Under the pieces are notes generated by a model that saw nothing but the letters and a program-made list of their open reading frames with translations, was not told the origin of the DNA and did not search any database. A program made the translations under genes and the position numbers. Below, piece by piece: positions 24,777-36,749 of a stretch of 64,000 nucleotides of DNA. The first letter of the stretch is position 1; each line of letters starts with the position of its first letter. Source of the DNA: Eledone cirrhosa (Eukaryota). Location: NCBI GenBank assembly GCA_964016885.1, contig OZ024743.1, positions 60,264,001 to 60,328,000 on the forward strand, written 5' to 3'.

Positions 24777-27700
24777 ATGGCTGTGCTAAGAGTAGGGTGT
24801 CTAAATGCGCGTGGCCTGGGCTCGTCTTGGAAGCAAGCAATGCTTCTAAATGACCTCAGGTCACAATCTATAAATGTGATGGTTATCTGCGAGGCCCGGA
24901 TCAGCAGCATGCGACAGCTAGCCCCCACCTTTGACGACTTTGAGATGCACGCATCTCTCTGTCAGCCCGGAGGTGGGGCTGGGGTTGTCGTTCTGCTGCA
25001 AAAACATATGGGCCTTGCAACACAGATAGTTCACTTGGACCCAGGGGTTCGACTGGTGGTGCTGGACCTTGGCAGTGGTGAAGGTAGAGCCTTTAGGCTG
25101 GTAGCCGCATATGCCCCTTTTGGGACTGAGCGGCCCGACTTTTTCCAGCGTCTGGAGTCTTTTCTAGGGACGTCCCGTTCCCTGCTTTTAGTGGGGGATT
25201 GGAATGGTATCCTGGATGCACGTTGGGACTATGCAGGGGCATGTCCCGATAGAGAGGGGTGCAACAGCCTCAAGGGGTTACTCGGCCGATTTGACCTGGC
25301 CGATAGATTTCGACTAGATTTTCCGACGGTGCCAACCTGGTCTTGGTCAAATCGCAGCGGATCATCTAGGTCGTACCTAGATAGATTTTTAGTTAGAAAT
25401 AAGGACAGGGACTTTTTAAGTTGTCCAGAAATGCTCATGGTTGGCTATTCAGACCACAAGTTGGTGACCTGCATGGTCAACCTTGATAGAACGCATAGAC
25501 AGGGCCCCGGTTACTGGAAGCTCAACTTGTCCTTGCCGGCAAGTAGAGCCTACAGAGATCGGATTAGTACGTTAGTTAAGGAACAGTTGACTGGAGCGAT
25601 CGTCAACAGCAGGTGGTGGGTATCTCTAAGGAGAGAGATTAGAGTAGTCTCGATAGAATTTAGTAAGGTTCTAGCTGCGGATAGGAATAGGAAGGAAAGG
25701 GAGCTAATAGATAGAGTAGAAGAGGCTATGAGAAGCGGCGACGTGGCCAGAGTGCTAGCGTCGAGAACGGCTTTGAGCCAGTTTTTCGACGCGAAGCACG
25801 AAGGCTGCGTTGTCCGAAGTAAAATACATGCTCTAGGGAACGAGGGGACCAAAGCTGTTAGCTGGGCCCGCGTGACAGAGGCCAACAGTGGAACTAAATC
25901 CACCATCCGTCTTTGCGAGACCTGGATGGACGGGCGATTCTTGAGCCTAAGCAGATATGTGAGGCCTTTCAAAGGCACTTTGCCCGACTGTTCGGGAGGG
26001 GCGGGGAGCCGGTTGGGAACGTGGACTTCGGTCCATACCTCGACGGCCTTGCCGCGCCTCTCGGACAGGGAGGCGAAGTCCTGCGAGGAGCCGATTTCGG
26101 CAGCTGAGATAGAGGACGTGCTGAGCCAATGCGGCAAACGCAAATCCCCGGGTCTCGATGGTCTTCCTTACGAATTATATCTAGTTATGCCGGACTTGTT
26201 CCCCGATCTCTTCGAGGCGGTCTACTGCAACTGGCAACAGAACGGGAGAATTCCCTGTACTGTGACCAAGGGCGTAGTTACGCTAGTGAGGAAGGACGAG
26301 AACAAGGGGGACGAAATAAGTAACTTCAGGCCCATAACTCTGCTAAATACAGAGTTACAGATTTTGGCCAAGGTGCTAGCAAAGAGGTTGGCGCTTGTCG
26401 TGGGCAACCTGGTGGGAGATGCGCAGACATGCGCTATCCTGGCCAGGTCCATCCATGACAACCTCCACCTCATGCGATACATCATAGAGAGGGTTGGGAA
26501 CGAACCCGGCTTTGGTGGGGCTCTGATCAACTTGGATCAATCTAAGGCGTTCGATAGGGTCGACCATGGTTACCTGGATGCGGTGCTAGCGGCGGCAGGC
26601 TTCGGACCCGTTTTCCGGGGCTGGATCACTGCTATGCACAGCAGCCGCATCTGCTCTAGGGTCAAGGTGAACGGCTACCTCTCGGAGCCGTTCAAAATCG
26701 CGCGGTCCATCCGACAAGGGTGCCCTCTCTCCTCCCTTCTGTATGTGTTGACTCTCGAGCCACTACTGCGGAAGTTGGAGTTGTTGCAGGGCATCCTTTT
26801 GGAACCGGGATTGCGGAAAGCGGTGTCGGCCTACGCCGATGACGTGACAGTAATGGTGTCGACGGCCTCCGAAATCGAGGCGGTCGACACCTTACTGGAG
26901 GAGTACGAAAGGTTCACAGGGGCTAAGCTGAACCGGGACAAGTCGATCGGTTTGCAACTCGGCACGTGGAGGGGCAGACCGATGCCCTCCGATGGCGTCG
27001 TCGGACGCTGGACGGAGGGCCCGGTGAAGTTGCTCGGGGTCTGGTTCGGACGGGACCTCCAGGTGGAGAAAAACTGGGCGGAGGTTACGAACGGGGTGTT
27101 TGCACTGACCCAGAAGTGGGCCAGTTGCAAACTATCCCTGAAAGGTCGGGCGGAGGTGGCGAACACCTACATAGCGTCCGTCATCTACTACCGCCTGACC
27201 GTAGTGCCCTGCCCAAGGGAAACCCTCACCAAGATGGAGCGCGCACTCTTCCAATTCCTTTGGAAGAGGCGGGCTCCTATGGTGAGGAGATCCATCTGCT
27301 GTCAACACCCCTCGAAAGGAGGGCTGGGGATGCCGTGGCTAATGATGCGTAAACACGCATTAAGGCTACGGCACCTCTACGTATTCCTCACCGGTCAACC
27401 GGTGTGGGCCTCGTTTGTGAGACGAACCTTTCCCAGACTCGTCTCACTCACCGAGCTGCAATCCTGGGTCAAGCAAAGACCGAGAAAACTGGGCGCCTGG
27501 CACACTGAGTGTGCCCAGGCGCTCACCGCCCTCTGGCAGGCGGATCCGGTTATCAGTGGAGACTCCACCGCAACATTCTATAGAGGGCTGGTACGCAGCA
27601 GGTGCGACGACGCCCTCGGAGAAGCCCTAGACATGGAGGAGGACGAACTGGCCGGCCTGTTCGGCAGGACATTCAGCCCGGGACCTATGGACAACTTCCA

Positions 27701-28214
27701 GAAGTCCCTGGCCTGGCAGTGCTACCGAGGGGCTTTACCCGTTCGAGAAAGGCTCTACAGACACGGGCGCCCGGGTAGGGACCCCGCCAAAAAGATCTGT
27801 CCCAGATGCGTGTGCGACGAGGAAACCGTTGCACACGCATTGGTACACTGCTCGGGCGTAGCCGATCTGTGGGGCTATGTCGAACAACTGCTGTCAAGGG
27901 TGGGACCGATCCGGTTGACCACCGAGTCTATTGTAATGATCAAGCCGCCTCCCCCCTTCAAAGATGAAGCAGAGGCGGTGTTTCTGTGCGTAATAGCCAT
28001 GGCGAAAGAGGTTGTATGGTGGACGCGTCTGAAAGGACTGAGGTCAAGCACCTTTCTCTCTGGCCAACAACTGGTCCGTTTCTTCCGATATCATTTCGGA
28101 AGAAGGATCAGGATGGAGAGAGAGGTGCTCCACCCCAGTCGTTTTTATGAAAGGTGGGTGAAAATGGCGAGAATGGCCCGTGTGAATGGGCCTTCACTTT
28201 ACATAAGCCTGTAG
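24777..28214 (+). CDS. LINE ORF2: APE endonuclease + reverse transcriptase + C-terminal zinc finger (Tx1-like)
   Basis: ATG at 24777 (accaacATGG). CLNARGL, GDWN, SYLDRFLV, SDH (APE). KSPGLDG, NFRPITLLN, LDQSKAFDRVDH, QGCPLS, AYADDV (RT). CPRC..EETVAHALVHC. Confidence 0.93.
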   Translation: MAVLRVGCLNARGLGSSWKQAMLLNDLRSQSINVMVICEARISSMRQLAPTFDDFEMHASLCQPGGGAGVVVLLQKHMGLATQIVHLDPGVRLVVLDLGSGEGRAFRLVAAYAPFGTERPDFFQRLESFLGTSRSLLLVGDWNGILDARWDYAGACPDREGCNSLKGLLGRFDLADRFRLDFPTVPTWSWSNRSGSSRSYLDRFLVRNKDRDFLSCPEMLMVGYSDHKLVTCMVNLDRTHRQGPGYWKLNLSLPASRAYRDRISTLVKEQLTGAIVNSRWWVSLRREIRVVSIEFSKVLAADRNRKERELIDRVEEAMRSGDVARVLASRTALSQFFDAKHEGCVVRSKIHALGNEGTKAVSWARVTEANSGTKSTIRLCETWMDGRFLSLSRYVRPFKGTLPDCSGGAGSRLGTWTSVHTSTALPRLSDREAKSCEEPISAAEIEDVLSQCGKRKSPGLDGLPYELYLVMPDLFPDLFEAVYCNWQQNGRIPCTVTKGVVTLVRKDENKGDEISNFRPITLLNTELQILAKVLAKRLALVVGNLVGDAQTCAILARSIHDNLHLMRYIIERVGNEPGFGGALINLDQSKAFDRVDHGYLDAVLAAAGFGPVFRGWITAMHSSRICSRVKVNGYLSEPFKIARSIRQGCPLSSLLYVLTLEPLLRKLELLQGILLEPGLRKAVSAYADDVTVMVSTASEIEAVDTLLEEYERFTGAKLNRDKSIGLQLGTWRGRPMPSDGVVGRWTEGPVKLLGVWFGRDLQVEKNWAEVTNGVFALTQKWASCKLSLKGRAEVANTYIASVIYYRLTVVPCPRETLTKMERALFQFLWKRRAPMVRRSICCQHPSKGGLGMPWLMMRKHALRLRHLYVFLTGQPVWASFVRRTFPRLVSLTELQSWVKQRPRKLGAWHTECAQALTALWQADPVISGDSTATFYRGLVRSRCDDALGEALDMEEDELAGLFGRTFSPGPMDNFQKSLAWQCYRGALPVRERLYRHGRPGRDPAKKICPRCVCDEETVAHALVHCSGVADLWGYVEQLLSRVGPIRLTTESIVMIKPPPPFKDEAEAVFLCVIAMAKEVVWWTRLKGLRSSTFLSGQQLVRFFRYHFGRRIRMEREVLHPSRFYERWVKMARMARVNGPSLYISL

Positions 28215-28399
28215 GTGGAAAAGAGGAAGGAACGAGGGAGCTCTGGCCATTTCGACAGCTAGTTCTGAACTAACCCAGCAGTATACCTTAAGTATCGAGT
28301 ACTCTGGTGCGTTATGGTCCACCTGGTTCCTTACCACACTTTCTTTGTTATATATATATATAAGATGGCCAACTGAATTTCTTACCAAAACACTGAATT

Positions 28400-28950
28400 C
28401 AACAGTTTCTCAAGAGATGGCAACCTGAACAGACCAGCTTTTTCTCTCTCCTCTTTTCTTTTTCACCCACTTATTCCTGAGAGGGTCGTGGGGTCAGAAT
28501 CCTTACACTTCTTCCAGTAGGTCCTGTCAGAAGCAACCATCTTAAACTGATCTAGCTGGAGCCCCAAGCTTGACCAGCCAAGCTCATGGATGTTATCCAA
28601 CCAAACTATCTTGCTCAGGGTCTACCCCTGGGTCTCTTGTCAGTTGGTTTTGCCTGTAAAATTCCATTTCGACCGCTTGTATTCATGATCGTATTCTTTC
28701 AGTCATTACCCTAGACTCATGACCATAGGTAAGGGCTGGCACAAAAACCGAATTGAAGATAGCGAGTTTGGCTTTTACGCCTACCTCCCTTCTGATTAAT
28801 GAATGGTAGAGCTGGCACATTACTGCACCAGCTTTTGCAATTTTTGCACTTAATTCCACCTCCTGCCTTCCATCACTTATGAACACTGTCCCGAGATACT
28901 TGAACTTGTCTATCTGCTTCAGTGGAACTCCTGAGCAAAAGGGTTGCACA
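28400..28950 (-). mobile_element. RTE-clade LINE 3' fragment inserted in the Tx1 3'UTR
   Basis: VPLKQIDKFKYLGTVFISDGRQEVEL...AKLAIFNSVFVPALTYGHES, then an RPRGRP-type C-terminal remnant. Confidence 0.85.
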
Positions 28951-29204
28951 CTTTTTTCGGGGGTGTGTGCGACCCCCCAAGGCGCCTCCTTTCTATTGAG
29001 GATTTTGATATAAATTTTATTTTTTGTTATATTTTATTTTATTTTTATATTTTGTTATTGCCTCCTCCTTATTGAGGACGCCTTTTTGTGTAAACTCCCC
29101 CCTTTGTATTTGTCCCACTTTTGATGCCCTGGTGGCAAATAAAAGAAACATATATATTATTGCTATATATAATACTTTTACCTTATATATCATGATATTT
29201 TATT

Positions 29205-29975
29205 GACATTGCACTCAGTGCTCCCATGGCCTATTTGGAAAGAACTCCATTTCGACCGCTTGCTATCGCGACCGTATTCTCTCGGTCTTTATCCAGCATT
29301 CTTGACCATAGGTAAGGGTTGGCACTAATAGTGAAATGAAGATAGAGAGTTTGGCTTTTATACTTACTTCCCTTCTTCTGATTACTGAATGCTGAAGCTG
29401 GCGCATTACTACACCAGCTCCAACCATTCTGACTCCTGATTTTCATCACTCGTGAAGACGATACTTGAAGTTCCGAAGATACTTGAAGTTCTCCATCTGC
29501 ACCAGTTTAACTCCATTCACATGTAGAGTGCAATGCGCATTAATCTTTGAGAGGACGACTGTCTCAGTTTTCGCAGCACTGATTTTTATTCCAGCCTTGC
29601 AGCATTCGGCATCAAGCCTATCAACTGCATGTCGGTGGTTACTTTCTGTCGAGTTAAGTAACGCCATGTCGTCTGCAAATTCACGCTGATCGCAAGTCGT
29701 GATGCCACTCCATCCCGGCTGCACATGTTAAAACTGTTCGCGAAACTAAAGAACAGGAAAGTAGACAGTAAGAACCATTGGCGGAGTCCGACTTGAATGG
29801 TTTCGATTTTGCACCATTTATACGAACACAAATACGTGGGAATTCGTATAGAGATATCAGGGCAGAAAGAAGTTGACCATCGGTTCCCTACTTCTACACA
29901 ACCTTCCACAGCAGATCTCGAGGACCACGGTCATATGCCTTTTCGATGTTTAGCAAAACAAGTATTTGGGTACTA
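29205..29975 (-). mobile_element. Degenerate RTE-clade LINE fragment
   Basis: GLRQWFLLSTFLF, EFADDMALL, GIKISAAKTETVVLS..VQMENFKYL, PTLTYGQE. Confidence 0.8.
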
Positions 29976-31029
29976 GATTTGTAAAAACCGTGGGAGTTTG
30001 ACTTGATCCTCTGCCAATGTATTCTGCCTCTCGTTTGAATTGTGATGTGCTTTATATGTCCCCGTTTGTAACTCTGTTGACGTCGAGAAAAGTTTCGCTA
30101 CTGAAGTTCGTGTCGACTCTGATGTTATGGCCTAGGTTGCGAAATTATATAATTCTTTGTTATATTTATATCTTCAAAGTAGAAAATTAAACAAGGAATT
30201 GAATGTAGAAATATATTTTGGACTAAATAAGGAGACACTTTCTTCATGATTCAGCATTTTATTGTGTGTGAGTGTGTGTGTGTGTGTGTGTAGCGTGTGC
30301 GTGTGTGTGGATGGGGTGGGAAATGGTGGTGGTGGGTGGTAGTGGTGGTTGGGAGGGGGGATTAATGTAATTTCGTGCATGGTTAGCGAATTTTGTAAGA
30401 ATTTCTTATTTAATGGATTAGCACCAGCAAAGCGTACATGGTCCAGACTATTGGATTAGAAACGAGCTATTATCAAAACAGTTGGAACACTATAGTGAAT
30501 AAGAGTAGAGTTTAACATATTTTATTGTCTACTTAGAAGTAGATATATTCTAGAAGTGATGAGATGAGGTGGGCAGGTGTGTTGAGCACAGTTGCAGAGA
30601 GCGTCCATGTACCAAGTTCAAACAGTGGTTGTAATAATACAGACAAAGAGAAACAGAATCATCACTGATGATACTGTCTTGTGAATCAAATAAGTCGAAT
30701 GAGCTTAGTGTGGATAAGGTAAGCATAAATACGAATTCTATTATTATTTTATAATTTTTGGTTCGGGATGAAGGAATTATGTCGCCCGTCTAGCGAGAAC
30801 AATTCTCTCGAAAGAGAAGTGGGATGATTTGCTTGTGTGGAACTTCTGCACGTGAACATAATATATGCATCAAGAAAGAATGACATGAAATTCGAGATGT
30901 GTCAGCCAGAGTCAAATGCTTATGTTTTCTGCCACATCTGAGGAGTATATCAATGTTGTAGCGTTAAAAATGGCAGGTAAATAGCATTTTATTAGGCATT
31001 CTATATCAGCAACCATTATATCAATACAG

Positions 31030-31212
31030 GCGGTGGATTGGGAGTATCGGTAGAGGGTCGGACGCCATGCTTTCCAGCATAGTTACGTCCCTTTATGATC
31101 TGAGTTCAAATCCCGCCGAGGTTGACTTTGCCTTTCATCCTTACGGGGTCGATAAAATAAAGTACCAGTAATGCACTGGGTGATTGCTGGCCTTGTGCCT
31201 AAAGTAGAAACA
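31030..31212 (+). mobile_element. Full-length tRNA-SINE with 15-bp TSD
   Basis: A/B boxes, central cctttcatccttacggggtcgataaaataaagtaccag. TSD attatatcaatacag at 31015-31029 and 31213-31227. Confidence 0.92.
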
Positions 31213-31419
31213 ATTATATCAATACAGTTTGTTTTGATGCTCTATAACAGTCATGGACAAACTGCGGCTCGTCTGGATTTCTGAATGGCACGCTTCATTT
31301 CAAAACTTCCTTCATTCTTGTTTTTTAGTACGGCCTGCCTTATTATGAGCCACATATTATGCGGCCCACCGCTCGAAAAATGTTCCCATGCTTGTTCTGT
31401 GACCTTCGCGGTGATATAT

Positions 31420-31960
31420 ACATGCATATAAAAACAAATCCTAGTTTAAAACAGTAAAGAACATGTAAAGGATCGGGTGAACAACGGAGTCAACACCAGA
31501 GCAAAAGACAAAAAGAGGTACTGGGCGACCTCTCTAATGACTTTTGCTGCAAGCCAGCACACTCGCCTCGTTGCCTCGGGTGATAGCGAAGCTAATGCGC
31601 TGGAACAGCCAAGCGCCCTCGAGAGATTCGCCAGTTACCTCTATTAGGCGAGCCGCCAGTGAAGAGAGGAACCTCGCAGTCAGCGGCCCGACTCCCCCAA
31701 ACGTCTCGAAAGCCACAGGCTGAAAAAGGTAACTGGCTGACAGATCAGAGTATTTGAGGGCCTTACTCCGCTCGGCTGCGGCAGCTGTGGCTCTCGTCCT
31801 AACCGCAGCATCCAGGATGTGGGAGAGAGCAAAAGAGTCACTAACAGTGACGTCCCAGACAAGGCTCCTGCCTCTCGACCAGGGGCACAGGGTAAGGCCG
31901 TCAGTTCTTTTGCCGTCACTTCTGGAGAACCCAAGACTGAGGAGATGTTCGCCCGGGCCA
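31420..31960 (-). mobile_element. CRE-clade non-LTR retrotransposon 3' fragment (restriction-like endonuclease)
   Basis: Open minus-strand frame DGKRTDGLTLCPWSRGRSLVWDVTVSD..AAERSKALKY..FQPVAFETFGG..LFQRISFAITRGN, stop at 31534. Confidence 0.8.
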
Positions 31961-32497
31961 TATATAAAGTTTAATATAGAGAAGGCTTCTACATTAAAAT
32001 CGACGTTTACACTCTACTAATGTGTTCAAGTGCTTACTAATTATGGTTACCCCCCGATTAAACCCGAGACTCGTGTATTGTTGTTATTGTTGTACAGCAA
32101 ACATTTGACGTTGACCTGAAACAAAGTTTCTTTAGCACATGTTATCACCCACCAAGCAGTGTTGCAGTCATCAACGATGGTATTTGAGATCAAAAAGTAA
32201 AGGATGGCAATTATGTGCCGCAAAGCATGTTTTCCGAAGCTTTCCTAATGATCTATTTCATTCAGGCAAATCATCAATAATGGTCTCTTATTTAGGCAAA
32301 TAAGTAATAACAATAATTATATTTGCACCAAGTATTAAAACTGTCATAATTTCTTCTTGTGTCTATGCATACATACATGAAGTGAATTGAAGTGATCGAA
32401 AGTAGAAGTAGATAATTTGAACCGGGTGGGAATGAGTAGCAAAATGAAAGGTATTGACGTAGATTGGGATATGTCGGTGAGAAGCATTGTTTAGAAT

Positions 32498-35093
32498 CAA
32501 AGGTTCTCAACGGGGGGCATATGCACCCCCAGGGTCGTTTCGGAAATCCAGGGGGCGTTTGGGAGCAAGGGGCATGGGGGGGGGGGGCGTTTGGAGCTTT
32601 GGAGTGCACTGGAAGGCTCTTTATTTTGGTAAGTTTTATAAGCCATATTTGTATGTCTTTGAGACAGCCAGTGAGAATGCATTTGAATGAGCATGCAGAC
32701 AGCATAACTATGGTCTGAGCGCAGCTGTGAGCAGGTGTGCAGGCGTGTCTAGACATTAACCTGCAATTGAGATCCTAACAATTGAAAACCCACAGTCAAT
32801 TGGGTCAAAGACACTTCAATCGCAGCCAGTTAGAATCTTGTCTTTCCTTCACCGATAACAATGTATTTCATGTCTGAAATTATTGACTCTACCGTAACGA
32901 ATTAACACTATGTAGATCTATTTTATTTCCTATTGTATAAATAATATTACAAATAAAAATTAAAAAGACACAGAAGCGGGTATCACACACGTCTAGGACC
33001 ACGTACAACACATAATCAGCTAATACACACATCTAGGACCACATACAACACATAAGCAGGTAATACACACATCTAGGACCACATACAACACATAAGCAGG
33101 TAATACACACATCTAGGACTACATGCAACACATAAGGAGGTAGCACACACATCTAGGACCACATACCACACACAGGCAAGTAATACATACATTTACGACC
33201 ACATACAACGCATAAGCAGGTAATACAAACATCTAGGACCACATACAACACATAATCAGGTAATACAAACATCTAGGACCACATACAACACATAATCAGG
33301 TAATACATACATCTAGGACCACATGCAATACATAAGCAGGTAATACATACATCTAGGACTAAATACAACACACATTGTATCATGTGCTACGGACGACGCT
33401 AGGGCAATGGTCAGCCAACATAAGGGTTTCGTCATTCTCCTGAAGAGAGAAAATCTATCTGTATTTGTTGTTCATTGTGTCATTCATCGACAACACTTGG
33501 CTGTGAAGAAACTCAGCAAGCCACTGAGCAAGTCCTTGCAGGTGGCCCTTGATGTCATCAATTTTATCAAACGGCATTCCCTCAATGAACGAATTTTCCG
33601 GTAACTGTGCCAAGATAATGACGAAGAGTTCGTCAAGTTGCTCCTTCATAATGAAGTGAGGTGGCTTTCAAAGGGCAACTGCCTTACTCACTTCTTTGAA
33701 CTGTTTGACTCTATCATTGAGTTTCTGCGAGGACGCAACACAGAACCGTACAAGAAAACCCTCGATGTGAGGCAAAACTGAGCCTACCTCACCGACATCG
33801 TCAACAAATGCAATAGCGTCATTTTGGCTTTGCAGGGGAAGAAGATCACCTTGCTTAAAGCAAGGAATGCCGTGAAAACATTCCTGGCCAAATTGAATGT
33901 GATCGAAAGGAATCTTTGTTGACGGGAATTCTATAATTTTCCTAGTGTCGCCAATGTTCAAAACATTGTAAGCGATGATCAACTCCAAATTTATACCGCT
34001 CACCTCCGTGCGCTACAAGACAACATGAGAGAATGGTTTGTCGACCTTTTGCCGATGGACATCCCAATGTGGGGAGCAGATCCCTTCACAGCTAACGTCG
34101 ATGATTTGGACGTTATATTCATTGAACTTCAAGCAAATGACATGATCAAAATTAGATTTCCCAAAATAGGTGAACCCCTTTTTTGGATGCAAGAGGAAAT
34201 TCAGCGTCGATTTCCACACCTACATGCAGAGGCTAAGAGATTTGCTGTGCCTTTTCCAAGCTCATACTTAGTGAAGAGGAGGTTTGGTGCTGTTTCCAGA
34301 CTGCACAGTAAGGCTCGCAACCGCTACAATGTAATTACATTTGGAGATCTCCGGCTACATCTTACGAAAAATCCAGCCTGACGTCAAAGAGTTAGCTAGA
34401 CTCCATACGTATCCAGGGTCCCATTGAAATGAGGTCAAAGTTATAGTAAGTTGATTTATCCGAAAACTTAGATATGCTATTGTTACAAAGCAAACTAACA
34501 ATTATTTATATTTGTAGTTGCAGTCTGGCTGGACTGGAAACCATCTACTACAATTCACTTACTAATTTGTTGTATATATTTTACCATTTACTAATAAATA
34601 TACCCTCCCGCGTGGTCATGAAAACCCTCTTCCGTGGTCTCTAAGCTCACAAAGCAGAGGGGACATCAAGTTAGATATCAACATTTATTCTGTCTGTTTC
34701 ATTAAAGGGAAAATTGGAAAGCTTTGAAATTATATAATTGCCACTTTCTTCCAGATAAGAGCACTCTTTGGATAGACAGAGTTGCTCTTGTATAAATGTT
34801 CAAAATAGTTGGTATCGCCTGGTGGGAATATAACAAATTCAACTGGTCCTTATTCATAAAAAAGAACATTTATGTTCCTTTTTTTGAAATTTATATATTT
34901 CCTTTCAAGGAATGTATTTATACTCTCAGCTGCCTGCAATGGTATCTTTGGAATATTGTTAATCAATTTTTTAGTAATCTACAGATATCAAAATCAGTAG
35001 TATATTGAAAAATGGAAAAATAGGGTAGGGGGGCGTTTCGTAATTTCGAGGGACAAAAGGGGGAGTTTGGTCTAAATGGGTTGAGAACAAGTG
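32498..35093 (+). mobile_element. hAT (Buster/Charlie-like) DNA transposon, defective
   Basis: TIRs caaaggttctcaac / gttgagaacaagtg. TSD gtttaga(a)t / gtttagat (nnnTAnnn). Transposase remnant 33375-34430 with HCVIHRQHL, EVRWLSKG and PFPSSYLV..FGAV..SKARNR. Confidence 0.88.
32975..33373. repeat. 40-bp minisatellite, ~10 copies, inside the hAT element
   Basis: atctaggaccacatacaacacataagcaggtaatacacac recurring at 33031, 33071, 33111, 33151... Confidence 0.95.
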
Positions 35094-35518
35094 GTTTAGA
35101 TAGAAGAAAGATTAAGGTGAAGAGGAAGCTATAACTTTAAATAATGAAATAGGATGGATCTCCGTCGGTTTTGGCGATGAATCGTCGGGCATTTCGATCA
35201 ACGGAAGTTTGCTCGTAACATTCCTGTCAGCAGCTGATCATTCCTCTTACTCTTATGTCCTTTAACGTAATTTTTAGAGAGATTAAGAGTAACACAGCAT
35301 TACTAAGCTTGGCCCTTTGAATTACAGGTGCAGTACATACGATGAGCTTCCAGAGTACCTCTCAGAGTTTGGGGCTGACTCGATGTTAAATGGCAATTGC
35401 AGTAGATGTTAACCTAGAACATTATGATAGCGAACCACAAGCAATGAAATAATTGAAACTAAAATATTCCATAATTGTATCAATTATGGAAATCATTAAA
35501 ATCTAAAGTTATGATAAA

Positions 35519-35521
<3 letters not shown>

Positions 35522-35591
<70 letters not shown>

Positions 35592-35640
35592 ACTCTCTCT
35601 CTCTCTCTCTTTCTCTTTCATCTATTTCTCTTTCTCTCTG
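35522..35640. repeat. (CT)n microsatellite
   Basis: Directly visible. Confidence 0.95.
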
Positions 35641-36614
35641 TAAATCCCCCTCTCCCCCTTTCACTTCTTACCTTCTCGCACACACACACACTGCGTTCCA
35701 CACAACATTTTCTCCCCCAACACTCTATCTCTCTCACACATGATCTCAATATCTCCAGCATACACACACGCGCTCACGCAGTATACACTCATACACATAT
35801 ATGACTTCTTTCTATCAATCTCTCTCAAACCCACGCACACACTCTGTCTCCCGCAAACAATCTCTTCCAAACACAGTCTCCCTATATACCACCACCGAAC
35901 ACACTCTCCTGTGCGCACATACGCTCTCTCTCTTTCTCTCTCCACAACCCTACACACTTTCTCTGTCTAGCTATCTCTATCTTACTCTCTTTATATCTTC
36001 CCCACACATACATCCTCTCAAAATCTGTTTATCTTGCTATCTCTATGTCTCTCACTCGCAGACTCATACACATATGTCTATGAAGAAGAAACCAATCATT
36101 TTCATTTGAATTTCCATTCGACTTTGAAGTCCTACCTTTGTCTACTCCCATGAAGTGTTCTATAAATCTTCTAAAGGATTTACTTGTAGATGTAGTTCAT
36201 GTTCTCTCTATCCTATATTCTTAACCCTTCTGTTATCATTCCATTTATTGCTTACCATATTTTATAAATGTAATGAACAAACCATAATAGTATTCTTATT
36301 TTTTTATCTCAGAAGAAACACTGGTAGGGCACGTATAAATGAGAAAAGTGAAAATAAACCAGATCAGCACATGACTATAAAAAATATGTACATTAAAGGA
36401 TATACAGACAACGTTAGAGGAACATTCAAAACCAAGACCTTTATAAAGCCGTATGGAAAAACTAAATGAAAGGATGTTTTTGAAGGAAAATTATGAGAGA
36501 CTGACTGTTAAAATGACAATCTCGCTGTTTAAATATATGTGTATTTGTGTATGTATTTATACACACACACACACTCATACACATATTTATATATATGTAT
36601 TTATATATATATAT

Positions 36615-36620
36615 GTGTGT

Positions 36621-36703
<83 letters not shown>

Positions 36704-36741
36704 CGTGTGGGTGCGTGTGTGTGTGCGTGTGTGTGTGTGTG
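36615..36741. repeat. (GT)n microsatellite
   Basis: Directly visible. Confidence 0.95.
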
Positions 36742-36749
36742 ATGACAAT

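Larger units (their letters stand above)
22580..29150 (+). mobile_element. Near full-length L1/Tx1-clade LINE (GC-rich 5'UTR, ORF1, ORF2, interrupted 3'UTR)
   Basis: GC-rich leader, ORF1 with CCHC knuckle, APE-RT-Zn ORF2, and a T-rich 3'UTR ending in AATAAA at ~29138. Confidence 0.9.

Noticed and set aside
25229-27897. Antisense and alternate-frame ORFs within LINE ORF2
   Set aside because: By-products of GC-rich coding sequence with no domains, except the 25913 frame, which is reported as a frameshifted segment.
31030-31120. tRNA genes at gagttcaaatcc B-box motifs
   Set aside because: These are SINE heads followed by the SINE body and TSDs, with no cloverleaf.
32975-33373. Regularly spaced 37-40-bp repeats (also 6340-6556) resembling a CRISPR array
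   Set aside because: Head-to-tail units with no unique spacers, no cas genes, and a eukaryotic context.
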